NCBI GenBank assembly: GCA_965220085.1
Contig: CBDCOZ010000003.1
Coordinates: 896,001-960,000, forward strand
DNA from: Candidatus Oxydemutatoraceae bacterium
GTDB taxonomy: Bacteria > Pseudomonadota > Gammaproteobacteria > Poriferisulfidales > Oxydemutatoraceae
Direction: 5' to 3'
Length of the DNA stretch: 64,000 nt
Shown: positions 47,060-58,021 of the stretch, piece by piece
How positions within the stretch are numbered: the stretch's first letter is position 1
Layout of the letters: each line of letters opens with the position of its first letter
Made by a program: the position numbers and the translations under genes
The notes under the pieces: model-generated
Databases searched by the model: none
What the model was told of the DNA's origin: nothing
The model's input: the letters and a program-made list of their open reading frames with translations, nothing else

Positions 47060-48745
47060 TCAACCGGCGTTCGCCGGCGGTTTCCGTTTGATTTTCTCCC
47101 AACTGTCGCAGAGCGTCATGATGCGGTTTATCACAAGCGAGCGGTCGCTGCGGCTGTCGGCGACGAAGTAACCGAGCCTTTCAAACTGGTAGGGTTGCCC
47201 CGCTTGCATAGCGCCAAGACCGGGTTCCAGCATCGCGTTTTCCGCCGCGACCTTTGAGCGCGGGTTGAGAGCGGCGTTCAAATCCTCGCTCGCCGCCGGG
47301 TTGTGTTCGGCAAACAAGCGGTCGTACAGATATACTTTTGCTTTGACCGCATGCGCCGCGCTGACCCAGTGAATCGTGCCTTTGACTTTGCGCCCGTCGG
47401 GGCTGCCGCCGCCGCGAGTCTGCGGGTCATAACGACAGCGCAGTTCCGTAATCTCGCCGTTGGAATCTTTGATGACCTCCTCGCAAGTGATGTAATAGGC
47501 GTATTTCAGCCGCACTTCGCGTTGCGGCGCCAAGCGGAAAAACTTTGCCGGCGGGTTTTCCATAAAGTCGTCTCTTTCAATATATATCTCGCGCGAAAAA
47601 GGCACTTGGCGACTGTCGGAGGGCTGCTTGGGGTTGTTCGCCGCGGCGACCGTCTCGGTTTTGTCCTCGGGATAGTTTGTAATCACCGCTTTAAGAGGAT
47701 TCAAAACCGCCATGGCCCTCGGCGTTGTGAGGTTTAACTCATCGCGGATACACGTTTCCAAAAACTCTATTTCTATCAGGCTGTTCTTTTTTGTCACCCC
47801 GATGCATTCGCAGAATGTGCGGATAGCGGCGGCGGGAATTCCGCGCCGCCGCATGCCGGCGATGGTCAACAGGCGGGGATCGTCCCACCCGTCCGCTGCG
47901 CCGCTATCGATCAATGATTTCAGTTTTCTCTTGCTTGTGATCGTATGGCTCAACTCCAGCCGCGCGAACTCAATCTGTCGCGGATGATGCATCTCCAGCG
48001 TCTCCAGAAACCAGTCGTATAGCGGGCGGTGGTCTTCAAACTCCAGCGTGCACAGAGAGTGCGTGATTCCCTCGATTGAATCGGAAATACAGTGGGCGAA
48101 ATCGTAAGACGGATATATGCGCCATTGCTTTTCGGTGCGGTCATGTCGGCTGTGGCGGATGCGGTATATCACCGGGTCGCGCATATTGATATTCGGCGAG
48201 TCCATCGCGATCTTGGCCCGCAGTACGCGCGCTCCGTCCGCGTACTCCCCGGCGCGCATCTTGTTGAAAAGGTCGATATTTTCTTCGATGCTGCGCGCAC
48301 GGTAGGGGCTGTCGCTGCCGGCTTGGGTCAGGCTGCCGCGGCGTTCGCGAATCTGCTCGTTATTTAGGTCGCACACATACGCTTTGCCTTTTTTGATCAG
48401 CGCGACAGCGCAGTCAAACAGCTTCTCAAAATAATCGGAAGCATGGAGGATATTCTTCTCGCGGTAACCGAGCCAATGCATGTCTTCAATAATGGCGCGT
48501 CTGAATTCGGCCTCTTCCTTTTCCGGATTGGTGTCATCAAAGCGCAGGTTGCAATGGCCGCCGCCGAATTCTTTTGCTATGCCGAAATTAAGCCAAATAG
48601 ACTTTGCGTGTCCGATGTGCAGATAGCCGTTCGGTTCCGGCGGGAAGCGCGTGATCACTTTGCCGTCGTATCTGTTGTTGGCGATATCTTCCCGCACGAG
48701 GGCGCGGATAAAGTTTGCCGGGGTGTCATATTCCGTTTTTTTCAT
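47060..48745 (-). CDS. glnS: Glutamine--tRNA ligase
   Basis: TRFPPEPNGYLHIGHAK, SLCTLEFEDHRPLY, TSKRKL, FERLGYF; start trimmed to ATG 48745. Confidence 0.97.
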   Translation of the reverse strand: MKKTEYDTPANFIRALVREDIANNRYDGKVITRFPPEPNGYLHIGHAKSIWLNFGIAKEFGGGHCNLRFDDTNPEKEEAEFRRAIIEDMHWLGYREKNILHASDYFEKLFDCAVALIKKGKAYVCDLNNEQIRERRGSLTQAGSDSPYRARSIEENIDLFNKMRAGEYADGARVLRAKIAMDSPNINMRDPVIYRIRHSRHDRTEKQWRIYPSYDFAHCISDSIEGITHSLCTLEFEDHRPLYDWFLETLEMHHPRQIEFARLELSHTITSKRKLKSLIDSGAADGWDDPRLLTIAGMRRRGIPAAAIRTFCECIGVTKKNSLIEIEFLETCIRDELNLTTPRAMAVLNPLKAVITNYPEDKTETVAAANNPKQPSDSRQVPFSREIYIERDDFMENPPAKFFRLAPQREVRLKYAYYITCEEVIKDSNGEITELRCRYDPQTRGGGSPDGRKVKGTIHWVSAAHAVKAKVYLYDRLFAEHNPAASEDLNAALNPRSKVAAENAMLEPGLGAMQAGQPYQFERLGYFVADSRSDRSLVINRIMTLCDSWEKIKRKPPANAG

Positions 48746-48799
48746 TGTGGTATAAAATAATCTCTTCGGCAAAGAATTATAACCGTAGTACTCTTCATT

Positions 48800-49615
48800 A
48801 TGCAGAACAGTTATCCCGCGCGCGCATCCGCCAAAGAGCCTTGGCGGCATTTTGATGCTGCGGCGCTCGTCGCATCGTTGCCGCCGCAGCCCGGAAAGAA
48901 GATTACCGCCTTGGCATTGTTTGACGCGCTCGATTCTACCAATGACTATCTGCTCTCCAAGGGCGCGCCTTGCAAAGGTTTCGCTCTGTGTATGGCCAAA
49001 TCTCAGAGCAAAGGCCGCGGGCGTCGGGGGCGCGCGTGGGCATCGCCTGCGGGCGGCAATATCTATTTGTCGCTTGCTTGGCATAAGCACAAGGGCTATC
49101 GGTGCGACGGTTGGCTGGGTCTGATGATCGCGTTGGAATTGGCGCGTTGCCTGTCGGAGTTCTCTCCGTCTTTTGTCGGTGTGAAATGGCCCAATGATAT
49201 CTGCTGCGAAGGGCGCAAACTCGGCGGTATCTTGGCCGAAAAGGCCGGTTCTTTGTATGTTGTCGGCCTCGGCTTAAATGTGATGACAAACGAGATGCGG
49301 TTGTGCGATATCGGCGGCAACCGGACGAGTTTGCAAGATGTCGGCGTGAGTCTGCATCGCTACCCGCAGATCGTCGCGGCGATCATTGCCAAGATGATCG
49401 ATGCCATTGAGTTTGTCGCCCGCGGCGATATTGCGCGGATGCAGAGTTTGTACCGTCCTTTTGATCTGATCTACGGTCGCAACGTCAGGGTGCGGAGCGC
49501 GGACGGGGATTTCGTCGGCACCGCCGACGGGGTTGACGATCGCGGGCTGTTGCGGGTGACTACGTCCGCCAGCGTCAAACTCTGTTGTTCGAATGAGACC
49601 AGCGTCCGCCTATGA
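48800..49615 (+). CDS. birA: Biotin--protein ligase (no N-terminal HTH)
   Basis: DSTND, QSKGRGRRGRAW, KWPND, KLGGIL. Confidence 0.92.
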   Translation: MQNSYPARASAKEPWRHFDAAALVASLPPQPGKKITALALFDALDSTNDYLLSKGAPCKGFALCMAKSQSKGRGRRGRAWASPAGGNIYLSLAWHKHKGYRCDGWLGLMIALELARCLSEFSPSFVGVKWPNDICCEGRKLGGILAEKAGSLYVVGLGLNVMTNEMRLCDIGGNRTSLQDVGVSLHRYPQIVAAIIAKMIDAIEFVARGDIARMQSLYRPFDLIYGRNVRVRSADGDFVGTADGVDDRGLLRVTTSASVKLCCSNETSVRL

Positions 49616-50358
49616 AGTGGCTGTTTGATATCGGCAACAGCCGTTGCAAATTCGCTCTTTGCCGCGACGGCAGGATGACCGCGCGCAAGGATACCGCGCG
49701 CGACCTCTCGGGCCTGCGCCCGTGGTTAGCCGCTCACGCGGACGGCGCGGAGTCGGTCTGGGTTGCCAGCGTTGCCGGCGCCAAGACCGACAAGAAACTT
49801 GCGGATATGGTCGCAAGCTTTGGCCTGCGGGCATACTTTATCGGCGCAGCGGATGCGGACTGCGGGATGAAAACAGCGTATCGGAGCGAGCAACTGGGCA
49901 TCGACCGCTTGGTATGTTTGATCGCGGCATGGCAGCGCGTGAAACGTTCGTGCATTGTTGCGGACTGCGGCACCGCCACGACAGTCGATTATCTCGATCA
50001 TCGCGGCGAGCACCGCGGCGGCGTTATTTTTTCCGGTCTTGCGACCGCATATGCGGGGTTGCGCCGGGGCACCGCTGCTCTGCCGCGCGGCGGCTTCGGC
50101 AATGCGCTTACCGTGTTTGCAACCTCTACCGAAAGCGCGATTGAAAGCGGTTGCCGCTACGCCCTGATCGCGGGCGTTAAAGAAGCCGTGCAAAGGATGC
50201 GCGCCGCCGCCGACACCGACGCCCCCGCGCTTCTGACCGGCGGTTGCGGCGAGATGGTGTGCGCCGAACTTGGCGAGCGCGCCGAATATATCCGCGACTT
50301 GTCGCTTGAAGGAATCGCTATGTTGTCCGAGCAGAGGGAGAGCCGGTGCCGGCATTGA
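49612..50358 (+). CDS. coaX: Type III pantothenate kinase
   Basis: DIGNSRCK, LGIDR, DCGTATTVD; birA-coaX synteny. Confidence 0.92.
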   Translation: MKWLFDIGNSRCKFALCRDGRMTARKDTARDLSGLRPWLAAHADGAESVWVASVAGAKTDKKLADMVASFGLRAYFIGAADADCGMKTAYRSEQLGIDRLVCLIAAWQRVKRSCIVADCGTATTVDYLDHRGEHRGGVIFSGLATAYAGLRRGTAALPRGGFGNALTVFATSTESAIESGCRYALIAGVKEAVQRMRAAADTDAPALLTGGCGEMVCAELGERAEYIRDLSLEGIAMLSEQRESRCRH

Positions 50359-51365
50359 TGATCGGCGTCGAAGGGGAGCGACTGGGCGCGCACGACAGAC
50401 GTCGCCTGGCGCATCCTCTGGTCGGCGGAGCAATCATCATGGCGCGCAACTACTCCGACCGCTCCCAGTTGCGGGACTTGACCGCGGAGATGCGCGCAAT
50501 CGACCCCGAATTAATCATAGCCGTCGATCAGGAAGGCGGGCGGGTGCAGCGGTTGCAAGAGGGCTTTACGCGTTTGCCGGCGATGCGAACGATCGGGGAC
50601 ATATATGTTCAAGATCCTCAGGTCGCGCGACAGCTTGCGCACGACTGCGGCGTTGTCATGGCGACCGAGTTGCGGGCTGTCGGCATCGATATCAGTTTCG
50701 CGCCGGCGCTGGATTTGGACCGAGGCAGCGGTGTCATCGGCGATCGCGCGTTTTCATCCGCGCCGGCAACGGTAACCGAGTTGGGCGGGCGCTTGATTGC
50801 CGGCCTGCGCCGTTGCGGCAGTATCGCGGTGGGAAAACATTTCCCGGGGCACGGTTCGGTCGCGCCGGATACGCACGATGAAGTGGTCTGCGACGAACGC
50901 AAGCCGGAAGACATCATGAACAGCGATGCGCGACCGTTTGCCGATTTGATGGCAGCGGGGCGGTTGGATGCGATAATGCTTTCCCACATTATCTATGCGG
51001 CGGTCGATGCGCGACCGGCCGCTTTGTCGGCGGTATGGTTGCGCGATATATTACGGCGGCGCATGGGTTTTCAAGGCTTTGTATTCGGCGATGATCTGGG
51101 CATGGCGGGCAGCGCAAACCCCGGCCTGCGTCAAATCGGCGACGCGATGGAGAGCGGGTGCGATATGATACTTGCGACGAATGATCACGCTATGGCAGAC
51201 CGTATAATGGGCAGTTTTGACGAGGCGCAAGCGACGGCATACCGTGCCGAGGCGAGGCGCCGCTGGCGGGCGATTTGCGATAAGGTGTCGCGACAGTCCG
51301 TCGGCGAAAGCGATTATGAGGCGGCGGTCGCCCGATTGCGCGCGCTGCATAATGACACACCGTGA
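50346..51365 (+). CDS. nagZ: Beta-N-acetylhexosaminidase (GH3)
   Basis: DQEGGRVQR, KHFPGHG..DTH, DDLGM. Confidence 0.93.
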   Translation: MPALMIGVEGERLGAHDRRRLAHPLVGGAIIMARNYSDRSQLRDLTAEMRAIDPELIIAVDQEGGRVQRLQEGFTRLPAMRTIGDIYVQDPQVARQLAHDCGVVMATELRAVGIDISFAPALDLDRGSGVIGDRAFSSAPATVTELGGRLIAGLRRCGSIAVGKHFPGHGSVAPDTHDEVVCDERKPEDIMNSDARPFADLMAAGRLDAIMLSHIIYAAVDARPAALSAVWLRDILRRRMGFQGFVFGDDLGMAGSANPGLRQIGDAMESGCDMILATNDHAMADRIMGSFDEAQATAYRAEARRRWRAICDKVSRQSVGESDYEAAVARLRALHNDTP

Positions 51366-51374
51366 GGAGGACAG

Positions 51375-52487
51375 TTGAAAGAACAAGTATTTGAATGGAT
51401 GTCCCTTTTGGGACTGGAACCGCAGTCCGGCATTGCCGTTGCGGCAGCGGTCTTTGTGATAGTGACCGTTATTTTATCGGTCGGGATGCTGCTCAATTTC
51501 GGCATCAAGAGATTGCTTCTGGCATCACAAAAGACAGCGACCGTATGGGATGATGCCTTGCTTGAGAGTTTCAAGGGCCCGGTCACCCTGCTGGTTTGGT
51601 CCGTCGGTCTGACGTATGCGGCCGAGTTGGCATGGCGGGATGTGGATGAAGGCCTGAACCGCATCATCGCCAATCTGCGCAACCTGGCTGTTATCGTATC
51701 GCTCGCGTGGCTGGTCGTTCGCTTTCTGAACAACATAGAAAAGAGCATCCTTGCGCAAAGGTATCAAAAGATAAAACTGGATGCGGTCGGCTTGCGCGCG
51801 CTGAACAAGGCGCTCAAAGCGGCGACCGTGATCACCGCCGCGTTGATGGCGCTGAGCACGATGGGTTACAGCATCTCCGGAGTGCTCGCTTTTGGCGGCA
51901 TAGGGGGCATTGCCATCGGTTTTGCCGCCCGCGATTTGTTGGCAAACTTCTTTGGCGGTCTGATGATTTACCTCGACCGACCGTTCTCGGAAGGCGAGCG
52001 CATCTCCTCGCCCGACGGCGCGATCAGGGGGACGGTCGAAGATATCGGTTGGCGCCTGACCAAGATACGCACCTTTGAAATGCGCGCGCTGTATGTTCCC
52101 AATTCCACTTTCGCCAACATCGCCATAGAAAACATAAGCCGCATGACCCACCGCCGTATCCGAGAAATGATAGGGGTGCGCTATGACGATGTCGCCAAGG
52201 TGCCCGAGATCGCCAAGCAGATTGAAGAGATGTTCGTTGCGAGCGGCAACATCGATACCAACCAATCGATAGTCGTTCGGCTTGCTAACTTCGGCGCTTC
52301 ATCGGTAGATATTTTTGTCAATGTCTATACGAAAACGGTCGACTGGAGCGAATTTCACGAGGTCAAGCAACAATTGATGATGCAAATTCACCGGATTGTC
52401 GAGGACAACCGCGCCGAGATCGCTTTCCCGACGACGACGGTACATGTCGCCGAACTGCCGTCGGCGAAACCGCCGCCATCATCTTGA
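51375..52487 (+). CDS. Small-conductance mechanosensitive channel (MscS family)
   Basis: LAFGGIGGIAIGFAARDLLANFFGG, GTVEDIGWRLT, VPNS, IAFPT. Confidence 0.92.
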   Translation: MKEQVFEWMSLLGLEPQSGIAVAAAVFVIVTVILSVGMLLNFGIKRLLLASQKTATVWDDALLESFKGPVTLLVWSVGLTYAAELAWRDVDEGLNRIIANLRNLAVIVSLAWLVVRFLNNIEKSILAQRYQKIKLDAVGLRALNKALKAATVITAALMALSTMGYSISGVLAFGGIGGIAIGFAARDLLANFFGGLMIYLDRPFSEGERISSPDGAIRGTVEDIGWRLTKIRTFEMRALYVPNSTFANIAIENISRMTHRRIREMIGVRYDDVAKVPEIAKQIEEMFVASGNIDTNQSIVVRLANFGASSVDIFVNVYTKTVDWSEFHEVKQQLMMQIHRIVEDNRAEIAFPTTTVHVAELPSAKPPPSS

Positions 52488-53645
52488 GCCGGTATCCCGC
52501 GTCATCTCTTTGATTATCCCGACGACATTTTCCGACGCGACCTTGCTGCCCTTGTTGCCCTTGCTATCCAGGCGATTGCGTGTTGCGGCTAATTCCTCGA
52601 CCATGTTTTGATAGCAGGTCGGATCGTTGAGCAGTTTCATGGTCTCGGCGCATATCTTCTCGGGTGTCGCATCGTTTTGTATGAGCTCCGGCACGATGGC
52701 GCGACCGGCGATAATATTCGGCAAACAGAAAAGCGAGATGCCGACCAGCTGTTTGGCAATCAGATAATTCATCCGCGATATCTTGTAGACTACGACGGTC
52801 GGCGTTTGGCACAGCGCGAGTTGCATGACAGCGGTGCCGCAGGCGGCGATGGCGATGTCCGCCGCTTGCATGTGCGCATAGGGATCCCCGGCAACAATGT
52901 CGCAATCAAAGCCGGTGTTTTGCAACCGCGCTTGCAACTGCGCTTCTTTGATAGTGCGCGCTTTGAGCAGGCGAAAGGCGATGCGCTTTTGTGATTGCCG
53001 GCGAATCTGTTTGGCGGCGCGGCAGATGACTGGCAGCAGGCAGTCTATTTCGCTTTTGCGACTGCCGGGGAGCAGCAGAATGGTCGCGCTATCCCTTTGC
53101 GCCGCGGGAGTTTTTGCCGCAGCGGGGGGCTCGGTCAGGTCTTCCGGCAACGGGTGACCGACGAAGGTCGCCGCTATGCCGCGCTCGGCGTATAACGCTT
53201 CTTCAAAAGGCAGGATGACCGCAATGCGATCCGCCAAGCGCGCGATCTTTTTGATGCGCCGCGGTCGCCACGCCCATATTTGCGGCGCGATGTAAATGAG
53301 CACTTTGATGCCGAGCGATTGCGCGACAGCCGCCAGCCGCAAATTAAACTCGGGGTAGTCCACGATGACGAGCAAATCCGGCCGTTGTTCCAGCAACGCC
53401 GCTTTCATGATGTTCATCGCGCGTTTGATCTTCGGGTAGTGATACAGGATATTGACTATCCCCATGACCGCAATGTCGGAGGAGTCAGCCAGCAAGCGCA
53501 TGCCGGCTTGTCGCATTTGGCCGCCGCCCATCCCAAAGCATTCAAAACTTTCATCGCGCCGCAGTCGCGCTATCACTTTGGCGGCGTGTTGATCGCCCGA
53601 TGCTTCGCCGACAGAGAACATAATTTTCAAAGGCTTGCGATTCAT
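52479..53645 (-). CDS. lpxB: Lipid-A-disaccharide synthase
   Basis: GEASGD, DYPEFN, PQIWAWR, ILPFE, FVGHP, LLPGSR, VPELIQ. Confidence 0.94.
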   Translation of the reverse strand: MNRKPLKIMFSVGEASGDQHAAKVIARLRRDESFECFGMGGGQMRQAGMRLLADSSDIAVMGIVNILYHYPKIKRAMNIMKAALLEQRPDLLVIVDYPEFNLRLAAVAQSLGIKVLIYIAPQIWAWRPRRIKKIARLADRIAVILPFEEALYAERGIAATFVGHPLPEDLTEPPAAAKTPAAQRDSATILLLPGSRKSEIDCLLPVICRAAKQIRRQSQKRIAFRLLKARTIKEAQLQARLQNTGFDCDIVAGDPYAHMQAADIAIAACGTAVMQLALCQTPTVVVYKISRMNYLIAKQLVGISLFCLPNIIAGRAIVPELIQNDATPEKICAETMKLLNDPTCYQNMVEELAATRNRLDSKGNKGSKVASENVVGIIKEMTRDTGSR

Positions 53646-53716
53646 TATGGTGTAAAATTCGTTATTGGATATCCGCACAAGTGATTAAAACAGAGACAGC
53701 ATATTATCAGGCCGTC

Positions 53717-54367
53717 ATGGCAATTCCTCAAATAATCCGCCGATCGGCCCCGTTGCCGGACTGCGGCGATGCCATCGTTGCCGGCGCAGATGAAGCCGGG
53801 CGCGGCGCGCTGGCGGGGCCGGTGGTGGCGGCGGCGGTCGTGTTTGACAAACGGCGGGAGATACAGGGATGCGCCGATTCCAAAACGCTGACCGCCGCGC
53901 GGCGGGCGGCTTTGTCGCAAACGATAAAAGACAAGGCGTTGGCGTGGGCGGTTGCGCGCGCCGATGTCGATGAAATCGAAGCGCACAATGTTCTTCATGC
54001 GACGATGCGGGCTATGGCGCGGGCGGTTGCGTCCCTTGCCGTCAAGCCGGATATCGCGTTGATCGACGGCAACCGCGCGCCGGATATGAAGACGCGATCT
54101 TGCGCGATTATCTCCGGCGATGCGCGAGTGGCCGTGATTTCCGCAGCCTCTATTCTGGCCAAGGTCGCGCGCGACGAAGAGATGATCTCGCTGCACGCGC
54201 TCTACCCGCATTATCATTTCGATGCGCACAAAGGCTACGGAACCCGCCGCCATTTGCAAGCGCTGCGGCGTCACGGCCGATGCCCGATACACAGAAAGGG
54301 ATGGAAGAGTGTGCGGCGTTGCGCGGAGCAATCCGGTTTGGAATTTGTCGGCAGACCCGGCGCATAG
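53717..54367 (+). CDS. rnhB: Ribonuclease HII
   Basis: GADEAGRGALAGPVVAAAV, DSK, IDGN, SAASILAKVARD, HKGYGT. Confidence 0.95.
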   Translation: MAIPQIIRRSAPLPDCGDAIVAGADEAGRGALAGPVVAAAVVFDKRREIQGCADSKTLTAARRAALSQTIKDKALAWAVARADVDEIEAHNVLHATMRAMARAVASLAVKPDIALIDGNRAPDMKTRSCAIISGDARVAVISAASILAKVARDEEMISLHALYPHYHFDAHKGYGTRRHLQALRRHGRCPIHRKGWKSVRRCAEQSGLEFVGRPGA

Positions 54368-54373
54368 CGGAAG

Positions 54374-57300
54374 ATGCCGATGAGCGAGTTCGTACATACC
54401 CATGTTCATACCGAGTACTCGATCAGCGACGGGCTGATCAGGATACCCGAGTTGATGCGATCGTTGGCCGCCAAGGGAATGTCGGCGGTTGCGGTCACCG
54501 AACGCAACAATCTGTTTTCCGCGATCAAGTTCCACACCGCCGCGATTGAGCATGGCATCAAGCCGATTGTAGGCTGCGAATTGTCGGTAAAACCCGATGT
54601 CGCCGCCCGCCTTGTCAGCGACATCGTGCTGCTCTGTGCCGACGAGCAAGGCTATCGCAACCTGACGCGGCTGGTCACAAAAGCGTATACCCAAGGGCAA
54701 ACAAACAATCAGTTATTCGTAACATACGACTGGGTTGCCGAGCACAGCGAAGGTCTTCTCGCATTATCGGGCGGTCTGCGCGGCGATGTCGGACGGGCGC
54801 TGTTAGAAGGCGATACCGCCGGTCTCGAGCGGGCGGTGTCTTTTTGGCAAGAGACTTTTCCGCGGCGCTATTATCTGGAGCTCTGGCACACCCAGCGAAA
54901 AAACGAAAAAACATATCTCGTCAAAGCGCTTGAGCTCGCTCGCAAAACAGGTCTGCCGGTCGTCGCGACCAACGATGTGGTGTTTCCGGAGAAAGAAGAT
55001 TTTGAGGCGCACGAAGTGAAGGTCAGCATCCATAAGCGACAGATGTTTGACGACCGGCTGCGCAAAGGGCTGTATAGCCGCGAGCAATACCTCAAGAGCG
55101 CCGATGAGATGGCGGCCTTGTTTAAGCGGGTGCCGAGCGCGCTGGAGAACAGCGTTGAGATTGCCAAGCGTTGCAATGTGCGCTTCGCGCTTCACGAGTT
55201 GCGTCTGCCGGTATTTCCGTTGCCGCAGGGCGGCGATGTGCAAACGCAGATTCAAAACAGCACGGAGCAACAACTGCAAAGTCTGCTGCTGAAAAACCCG
55301 CGGTTAAACGAGGAGGAATATCGCCGGCGTCTTGCTTACGAACTGAAGACTATCCGGCAGATGAGTTACGAAGGCTATTTTCTGATAGTCGCGGACTTTA
55401 TCGCCTGGGCGCGCGCGCATAATATCCCGGTCGGCCCCGGACGCGGTTCCGGCGCCGGTTCTCTGGTCGCATACCTTTTGGGCATCACCGAAATTGATCC
55501 GATTCATTATCAACTGCTCTTTGAACGCTTCTTAAACCCCGAACGAATTTCCATGCCGGACTTTGACATAGATTTCTGCATCGACGGCAGGGACGATGTC
55601 ATCCGCTATGTGATGGAACGCTACGGGCATGACAAGGTGAGCCAGATAAATACCTTCGGCAGTTTTGGCGCCAAAGTGTCGGTGCGCGATGTGGGCCGGG
55701 TGTTTAAGCATCCCTACGGTTTTGTCGACAAGATCGCGCAGATGGTTTCCGACCGGCTCAATATCACGTTGGACGAAGCGCTGAAATCGGATGAACTCAA
55801 AAATGCTTATCAATCCGATGAGAAAATCAAGCAGATTATCAATATGGCGCGCAAAATTGAGGGCTTGGTGCGCAACCCGGGGCGTCACGCGGGCGGTATC
55901 GTCATCTCGCCGGAGCCGCTGGTCGATTACGCCGCTTTGTACTGTGAGCCGAATGAAAAGAACCTCGTTTCGCAGTTGGATATGAAAGACATCGAGAAAA
56001 TCGGATTGGTCAAATTTGATTTTCTCGGCCTCAAGACGCTGACTATCATCAACAAGACCGTTTTGTCCCTGCAAGAGAACGGCGTTGATATCAACATCAG
56101 CGATATCAGTTTGGATGACAAGAAGACCTACGAGTTGTTGCAGGAAGCGCGCACGATCGCTGTGTTCCAACTGGAATCCGAAGGGATTCGCGAACTGATG
56201 AAAGAACTCAAGCCGGACAGCTTTAAGGATATTGTGGCATTGGTCGCATTGTATCGTCCCGGTCCTCTGCAATCCGGCATGAGCAGGGATTACGTAGCGC
56301 GCAAGCACGGCGCCGCCGTACGCTATGAGCACCCGTCGCTTGAGCCGATATTGAAAAACACTTACGGCATCATTCTGTATCAGGAGCAGGTGATGGAAAT
56401 TGCCCGCACTTTGGCCGGTTATACGCTCGGTGCGGCGGACATATTGCGCCGCGCGATGGGCAAGAAAGACCCCGAGGTGATGCGGCAGCAACGGGAAATA
56501 TTTATCAGCGGGGCTGTCAAAAACAACATCAACAAAGGGGTGGCAACCGCCATTTTTGATCTGATGGAATATTTTGCCGGCTACGGTTTTAATAAGTCGC
56601 ATTCGGTCGCCTATGCGCTGATCGCGTATCGCACCGCCTGGCTGAAAGCCAATCACCCGGGCGCTTTTATGGCGGCGGTGCTGTCTGCGGATGCGGACAA
56701 CACCGACAAGATTGTGTCGCTGCTCGAGGAATGCCGCATGATGAATCTCAAAATCATGCCGCCCGATATCAACCGCTCAAAGGCGCGCTTTGTCGCTACG
56801 GCGGATGGCATCCTCTACGGCATGGGAGCGATTCGCAATCTCAGCAAATATGTGGTGGAGGGTCTCACCGCAGAGAGAGAACAAAACGGCGATTTCGTAT
56901 CGCTGTCAAATTTTTGTTCGCGCATGGTCGCGACGGTCAAGCGGGCGTCGATAGAGAATATGATTCGCGCCGGCGTCTTTGACTCGGTGGAGACCGATCG
57001 CGGCGCTATGCTCAATGAGTTGCCGCGCATATTGGCTATGGCCGAGCGCGAGAAAAAAGAAGCCGACATGGGGCAGTCGGCCTTGTTTGATGACGGCTTG
57101 AAAGGCAAAGCGCGCACGAGCTCTTTGCCCAAATTAGCCGCCGAGGAAGCGCTTGGCAGAGAGCAGATACTGAAGATGGAGCGCGACAGTCTGGGCTTGT
57201 ATCTGACCGACCATCCGGTGGCTTTTTATCAGGCGGAAGTCGATAGCATGACCTTTTGTGATCTGGGGAGACTGAAACAGACGAACGACCGCCGCATAGC

Positions 57301-57844
57301 GAAGATGGTAGGCCGCGATTCGTCCCTGTGGGTCGCCGGCGTCATTATGGATATTCGGAGAAAATATATCCGCAACAGCAAGGCTTCGTTTTTCTCTTTG
57401 GATGACGGCAAAGGGCGCATCGATCTGGCGCTCTTTGACAAGGACTATCACAACTGCGAAGACATGCTCGCATACGACAATGTGGTAGTCGTTGAGGTTT
57501 ATCGCCTCAGTGTCAGCGCATCATGGCAGAATTCGCGCTGGCGCGCCTGCGCGATATTGACACTTGACCAAGCGCGCAGAAAGTTTGCCAACGGGGTGTT
57601 GTTCAAACTGGACATGCGGCGGGGAGGGAAGCAGTTGATCGCCAGGGTGAAGGACTGCTTGCTGCCGTTTCGCGAGGCGGGCGGGTGTCCGGTGATGATC
57701 TCGGTTTTGACCGGAGAGGCCGAGGCGCGGATGAGCTTCGGCGACGAATGGACGGTACAGCCGTGCGAATCATTGCTACAGAACTTGGGCCATATCGCCG
57801 GTGTGGAAAATGTGCGGGTCAGTTATTCCGGCAAGGCCGGGTGA
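54374..57844 (+). CDS. dnaE: DNA polymerase III alpha subunit
   Basis: PHP domain HTEYSISDG, GPGRGSGAGS, MPDFDIDF, KFDFLGL, YGFNKSHS; no intein seen. Confidence 0.97.
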   Translation: MPMSEFVHTHVHTEYSISDGLIRIPELMRSLAAKGMSAVAVTERNNLFSAIKFHTAAIEHGIKPIVGCELSVKPDVAARLVSDIVLLCADEQGYRNLTRLVTKAYTQGQTNNQLFVTYDWVAEHSEGLLALSGGLRGDVGRALLEGDTAGLERAVSFWQETFPRRYYLELWHTQRKNEKTYLVKALELARKTGLPVVATNDVVFPEKEDFEAHEVKVSIHKRQMFDDRLRKGLYSREQYLKSADEMAALFKRVPSALENSVEIAKRCNVRFALHELRLPVFPLPQGGDVQTQIQNSTEQQLQSLLLKNPRLNEEEYRRRLAYELKTIRQMSYEGYFLIVADFIAWARAHNIPVGPGRGSGAGSLVAYLLGITEIDPIHYQLLFERFLNPERISMPDFDIDFCIDGRDDVIRYVMERYGHDKVSQINTFGSFGAKVSVRDVGRVFKHPYGFVDKIAQMVSDRLNITLDEALKSDELKNAYQSDEKIKQIINMARKIEGLVRNPGRHAGGIVISPEPLVDYAALYCEPNEKNLVSQLDMKDIEKIGLVKFDFLGLKTLTIINKTVLSLQENGVDINISDISLDDKKTYELLQEARTIAVFQLESEGIRELMKELKPDSFKDIVALVALYRPGPLQSGMSRDYVARKHGAAVRYEHPSLEPILKNTYGIILYQEQVMEIARTLAGYTLGAADILRRAMGKKDPEVMRQQREIFISGAVKNNINKGVATAIFDLMEYFAGYGFNKSHSVAYALIAYRTAWLKANHPGAFMAAVLSADADNTDKIVSLLEECRMMNLKIMPPDINRSKARFVATADGILYGMGAIRNLSKYVVEGLTAEREQNGDFVSLSNFCSRMVATVKRASIENMIRAGVFDSVETDRGAMLNELPRILAMAEREKKEADMGQSALFDDGLKGKARTSSLPKLAAEEALGREQILKMERDSLGLYLTDHPVAFYQAEVDSMTFCDLGRLKQTNDRRIAKMVGRDSSLWVAGVIMDIRRKYIRNSKASFFSLDDGKGRIDLALFDKDYHNCEDMLAYDNVVVVEVYRLSVSASWQNSRWRACAILTLDQARRKFANGVLFKLDMRRGGKQLIARVKDCLLPFREAGGCPVMISVLTGEAEARMSFGDEWTVQPCESLLQNLGHIAGVENVRVSYSGKAG

Positions 57845-58021
57845 CGGATAACCCTGCCCGCCCTGCTTGCGGGGGAGTCGCACAAGCCGAATCGCAGGCG
57901 CCGGGCGAGGCGCTCGCAGTGACACCGGCGCGCGCACCGGATGGGCGCGTGTCATATTCGTGTTATATTGAGTTGTCATCATAGCGAATCCTTTTCGGAG
58001 ATTTTTATCGGGACAAATGAT

